From Armatimonadota bacterium (GTDB lineage Bacteria; Armatimonadota; Zipacnadia; Zipacnadales; UBA5352): DNA of 19,801 nt. The position numbers and the translations under genes were made by a program. Each line of letters opens with the position of its first letter. Position 1 is the stretch's first letter. The stretch is from assembly GCA_034722055.1 (NCBI GenBank), contig JAYENL010000292.1:1-19801 (forward strand), in the 5' to 3' direction. Below, in pieces: positions 16,168-19,801 of the stretch. A model generated the notes under the pieces. That model searched no databases and was not told the DNA's origin. It saw only the letters and a list, made by a program, of their open reading frames with translations.

Positions 16168-17123
16168 CAGTGACTCCCGTCCGCCGTCCCGCTCGGCATC
16201 GCCGCCTGCTCCTCCCGGCGGTCGGCGCTGAGGACCACCATAGCCGCACCGGCGCCCGCGGCCACCAGCCCCTCCACGTGCGCCCAGGTCACCGGCGCGC
16301 GCAGCACCAGCAGGTCGGCGAGGGTGGCGACGGGCAGGCCGCTGAGCGTCAGCATGCGCACCGCCCACATGGGCGCCCGCTTCAGGGCGTAGTAGTACAG
16401 CAGCAGCCGCGTGCCCCACACCACCGACCCCAGGCCCACCAGGCCGATCAGCACCGGCATGGTCAGCAGCTCCCGCACGCTGGGCAGCGCCCCCGAGGCG
16501 GGGACCACGATGGAGTAAACTGTAATCTGCACCGCCATGCTGCCCAGGATGATCAGCTCATTGGGGATGCCCGTGAACTTGGCCTTGACGAGCAGAGCGT
16601 TGATGGCGATGGTCAGCCCCACCACCACCAGCGCCACTACGCCCAGCGGCTGGAAGTGCAGGGCCGTGGAGCCGACCAGGGCCACGCGGGTGGTGCCGTA
16701 GAGCACCAGCGCCGTGCCCAGCCACCCCAGCCGGCGTACCGGGGTGCGCAGAGCCAGGTACGAGAAGAGGAACACGAAGACGACCTCGCTGCGCTCCACG
16801 ACCGCCGCCGTGGTGGCACTGGTCTCGGCCAGACCGTACTTGCGGCAGTAGTGCATCACGCTTGCCACGCCGCCGAAAAGCACCAGCCACGCCGGCGAGA
16901 AGCCGCGCCAGCGCAGCCGGCCGCGATAGCGCAGCAGATACACCGGCGCCACCAGCGCCAGGAGGCCGCAGACGTTGAGCCAGTGCAAGGTGGCCGGGCC
17001 GATGACCTGCTGTGACAGGATGTACTTCTGCAGCGGCCAGGCGATCCCCATGGCCGTGCCCGTGAGAAGGGCCGCCAGGTATCCGGCGGCCCTCGTCAGT
17101 GGCTGCGCATCCGACCGATCCAT
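16167..17123 (-). CDS. DMT/EamA family transporter (paralog 1)
   Basis: ATG at 17123 (or GTG at 17126) with CGGAGG RBS. About 10 TM segments; SATTAAVVERSEVVFVFLFSY; YYALKRAPMWAVRML. Confidence 0.85.
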   Translation of the reverse strand: MDRSDAQPLTRAAGYLAALLTGTAMGIAWPLQKYILSQQVIGPATLHWLNVCGLLALVAPVYLLRYRGRLRWRGFSPAWLVLFGGVASVMHYCRKYGLAETSATTAAVVERSEVVFVFLFSYLALRTPVRRLGWLGTALVLYGTTRVALVGSTALHFQPLGVVALVVVGLTIAINALLVKAKFTGIPNELIILGSMAVQITVYSIVVPASGALPSVRELLTMPVLIGLVGLGSVVWGTRLLLYYYALKRAPMWAVRMLTLSGLPVATLADLLVLRAPVTWAHVEGLVAAGAGAAMVVLSADRREEQAAMPSGTADGSH

Positions 17124-17155
17124 CACGGCCCGGCCCTCCGGGGCACGACGCACCC

Positions 17156-17737
17156 CTATCCGCCCTCCGCGGACTCACCCTCTGCCAGCAGCTCCGCGAC
17201 CGCCCTCTCGACCTTGGCCGCCGAGCGCCCCGGGCCGAACTCGTAGGCGATGGTGCCCTCGGGCCCGATCACCCGCGCCGCCGGGATGGACCAGGTCTCG
17301 CCGAGATAGGCCTCCAGCATCTCCGGGCTGCCTACGGCCATGGGGAGTGTGAGGTCGTCGCGCGTTTCCAGGAAGGCCTCCACCATGCCCACGCTGCCGT
17401 CGAGCGAGACGCCCAGGCATTCGAGCTTGTCGTGATCCCAGCTCTCGTACATCTCCTGGAACTCCGGCAGCTCCTCCACGCAGCCGGCGCAGTTGGTGGC
17501 CCAGAAGTCCAGCACCAGGATCTTGCCCTCGTAGTCCGAGAGGCTGACCTCGCCCCCGCCCGCTAGCGGCAGGGAGAATTCGGGCGCGGTCTGGGCCGCC
17601 TCGGGATCCTCCGTCGCCTGTTCAGGAGCCGCCCTGGCACTCGTGGCCGGGCGGGACGCCGACTGGTCACCACAGCCCACCAGCAGCACCGCCAGCGCCA
17701 GAGCGAGCGCAATCGCCGTGAAGCCGTGTCGCGTCAT
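17156..17737 (-). CDS. TlpA/ResA-like thioredoxin-fold lipoprotein (thiol:disulfide oxidoreductase)
   Basis: ATG at 17737 with GAGGAGG RBS. Lipobox LLVG-C; APEFSL...VSLSDYEGKILVLDFWATNCAGC; cis-Pro segment SIPAARVI. Confidence 0.9.
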   Translation of the reverse strand: MTRHGFTAIALALALAVLLVGCGDQSASRPATSARAAPEQATEDPEAAQTAPEFSLPLAGGGEVSLSDYEGKILVLDFWATNCAGCVEELPEFQEMYESWDHDKLECLGVSLDGSVGMVEAFLETRDDLTLPMAVGSPEMLEAYLGETWSIPAARVIGPEGTIAYEFGPGRSAAKVERAVAELLAEGESAEGG

Positions 17738-17776
17738 CGCCCTCCTCGTCACCTCATCAGTCCTCTGGGAGCCCCC

Positions 17777-18238
17777 TCACTGGCGGCCGGTGTGCCCGAA
17801 GCCGCCTCCCCCGCGATCAGTGTCGGGAAGCTCGTCGGTCTCCACAAGCTCCGCGCGCGTCACCGGCGCCACCACCAACTGCGCCACGCGCTCGCCCCGC
17901 CGGAGCACCACCGGGCCGTGGCCGAGGTTGGCCACGATGACCGAGACCGTCCCGCGATAGTCGGAGTCGATGGTCCCCGGCGCGTTGAGCAGCGTGATGC
18001 CATGGCGGAGCGCCAGCCCGCTGCGAGGCCGCACCTGGGCCTCGTAGCCCTCCGGCAGCGCCATGCGGAAGCCGCAACTGACCAGGTAGCGCTCACCCGG
18101 AGCGATGGTCAGGTCCTCCTCGAGCGCTGCACGCAGATCCATGCCGGCCGAGCCGCCGGTAGCGTATGCCGGCAGCTCCAGGCCCTCGCCCTCGGGCTCG
18201 ACGGTAATGGGCACCCTCAGCGGCTCACCCCGATCCAT
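17777..18238 (-). CDS. dut: Trimeric dUTP diphosphatase
   Basis: All five dUTPase motifs: [38 protein letters not shown] at 18238 with GAGGTG RBS; 153 aa. Confidence 0.96.
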   Translation of the reverse strand: MDRGEPLRVPITVEPEGEGLELPAYATGGSAGMDLRAALEEDLTIAPGERYLVSCGFRMALPEGYEAQVRPRSGLALRHGITLLNAPGTIDSDYRGTVSVIVANLGHGPVVLRRGERVAQLVVAPVTRAELVETDELPDTDRGGGGFGHTGRQ

Positions 18239-18274
18239 CGCACTCACCTCGCCGCAGTGCACATGTGGGATGCG

Positions 18275-18303
18275 ATTATAGCATTGCATGGCGAGGCCGG
18301 CAA
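18275..18303 (-). promoter_or_regulatory. sigma70 promoter (extended -10) for the dut operon
   Basis: Minus strand TTGCCG (18303-18298), 17-bp spacer ending TGC, then TATAAT (18280-18275). Confidence 0.8.
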
Positions 18304-18394
18304 ACTGCTCCGAGGGCGGGGTGCGGCTCCGTGGTGCGGGGGGAATGCGCGGGCGAGGGCGCCCGGAGGCGGGGCGAACAACAATATCATGGCG

Positions 18395-18418
18395 CACGGG
18401 CAAGAGTGCCCGTGCCAC
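18395..18418 (-). repeat. GTGG-tagged REP-like palindrome
   Basis: Minus strand GTGG-CACGGGCA-ctct-TGCCCGTG: tetranucleotide tag plus a perfect 8-bp hairpin, intergenic. Confidence 0.65.
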
Positions 18419-18565
18419 GGACGACATACGGCAGCGATCGGTGCGGCACCGGCGGACGGCTTCCAGCATGGCAGAGCGCTCCAGGGCAGGGGGTGACGGA
18501 GGAGACGGGCCCTCTGGCGCCGAAGTGGACGCTGTGCCCAGTCGAGAATGCCGGGGGAGCTACCC

Positions 18566-19645
18566 ATGATCGCCAGGATCGTCGCCGTCATCGCGCTCGT
18601 CGCGACCTGCCTGCCGCCCGCCGTGGCGGCGGAGCTTACCACTGCCATCCAGCTCGGCCCGCCGGTGATCCGCCTGGAGCGGTCCGATGTGCTGGAGGTG
18701 ACCCGGCGTGGGACGGTGGGGCTGAAGCGGGGAGAGAGCCTGCTGGCGCTGCCCGTCGATAAGCTGGGCGTGGCCCCGACGGACGTGTGGCTGCGCGTGG
18801 AGCCGGCGGACGTCGTCAGGATCATCGCCATGCAGTCGGGGCCGGAGCACCCCGGCGCCGCCGTGTGGCGGCTCAGCGCCTCCCGAGCGGTGGAGGCGAC
18901 CGTCCGGGTCAGCTACCCGGTGAAGGGCCTCTCGTGGGCCATCGAGTACAGCGCCACGCTGCAGGGCGAGGACGGCCTGGAGCTGGAGGGGAAGCTGCGG
19001 GTGACCAACGGCCTCGGCCGGGACCTGGATGAGGCCTACCTGCTCGGCGAGGGCTTCGGCGTCCGGCTGGGGCTGGAGGATGGGCAGACCGTGACTGTGG
19101 GCCAGGCGGCGCTGAGCCGGAAGTTCGGGCCGGAGGCGACGTCGCGGGCCTTCGTCTACGACAAGGTCGAGCACGGCGACGCCCCGGCCCAGGTCCTTAC
19201 GCTCCCCACCCAGCCGGACCAGGTGGGCCTGCCCGCGGGCACGGTCCGCATCTACGCGCCGGCGGAGGCCGGCGGGGAGTTGATCCGGGAGGCGTCGATC
19301 CCCTACACGCCGCCGGGGGAGGCCATCGAGCTGTCGCTGGGCCCGGCCTCCGGCATCACCGTCACCCGCAGGCGGGCGCAGGCCAAGGAGGTTGACAAGC
19401 GCTTCGACGCCCACGACAAGCTGGCCGTGTACGACCTCGTGGAGACCTGGGAGCTGGAGCTGCGCAACCTGCGCGATATGCCGGTGACCGTCACCGTCCG
19501 CGAGCACCACGAGGGCGCCTGGGAGCTGGAGCATAGCTCCGCCCCGCACGTCCGCGAGGACGCCGAGACGCTGGCCTTTGAGATCACCCTCCAGCCCGGG
19601 GAGACTCAGGAGCTGAGCTTCCGCATCCGCCACCGCAACCGCTAG
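18566..19645 (+). CDS. Secreted DUF4139 domain-containing protein
   Basis: ATG at 18566 with GGGGAG RBS. Signal peptide RIVAVIALVATCLPPAVAA-E; SYPVKGLSWAIEY, GLPAGTVRIY, IPYTPPGEAIELSLG, ELELRN...VTVTVREH. Confidence 0.75.
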   Translation: MIARIVAVIALVATCLPPAVAAELTTAIQLGPPVIRLERSDVLEVTRRGTVGLKRGESLLALPVDKLGVAPTDVWLRVEPADVVRIIAMQSGPEHPGAAVWRLSASRAVEATVRVSYPVKGLSWAIEYSATLQGEDGLELEGKLRVTNGLGRDLDEAYLLGEGFGVRLGLEDGQTVTVGQAALSRKFGPEATSRAFVYDKVEHGDAPAQVLTLPTQPDQVGLPAGTVRIYAPAEAGGELIREASIPYTPPGEAIELSLGPASGITVTRRRAQAKEVDKRFDAHDKLAVYDLVETWELELRNLRDMPVTVTVREHHEGAWELEHSSAPHVREDAETLAFEITLQPGETQELSFRIRHRNR

Positions 19646-19717
19646 CCGTGACCCGGCGCAGGCTCATTTCGCCAGGCCGCGTGGGTGCGAACTCCAAGTA
19701 TCGGTGGAACGCGGCCG

Positions 19718-19801
19718 AGGGCGCCCGCAGGCGCCTGCGCGCCTCTTCCCATTGGCACAGCCCTACCCGCCCCCAGCACTTACCTGGGTTGCGGGCGCCC
19801 T
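19718..19801. repeat. Inverted pair of REP-like units (doublet), truncated by the window edge
   Basis: AGGGCGCCCGCA (19718-19729) is the exact reverse complement of TGCGGGCGCCCT (19790-19801), which is preceded by CCTGGGT, the same CTGGG tag as the 216-389 array. Confidence 0.6.

Overview
High-GC bacterial chromosomal segment, probably from an anaerobic or facultative uncultured lineage (the gene mix resembles Armatimonadota/Planctomycetota MAGs; inference only). It holds about 16 real genes. On the + strand: a Dehalococcoides-type Re-citrate synthase-like enzyme and an M42 aminopeptidase. On the - strand: amidohydrolase, GNAT, DUF6807/PmoA-family protein, two tandem URO-D/MtaA-like paralogs, a BrnT/BrnA-type toxin-antitoxin pair and a large secreted GHL10-like protein. 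Then a divergent ADP-ribosylglycohydrolase, a - strand run dut / TlpA-like lipoprotein / two EamA transporters / class-V PLP enzyme, and a divergent secreted DUF4139 protein. Signals most worth a second look: (1) a ~35-bp-period tandem array of tag+hairpin REP-like units at 216-565, with dispersed relatives in other large intergenic gaps; (2) a toxin gene broken by a single-base frameshift although its antitoxin, promoter and perfect palindromic operator are intact; (3) the Re-citrate synthase-like gene with a strong promoter and a long structured leader; (4) an orphan catabolic cluster whose URO-D-like paralogs differ at a putative metal ligand. No CRISPR array, tRNA, rRNA or transposase was seen. 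Family assignments come from motif recognition, not database searches.
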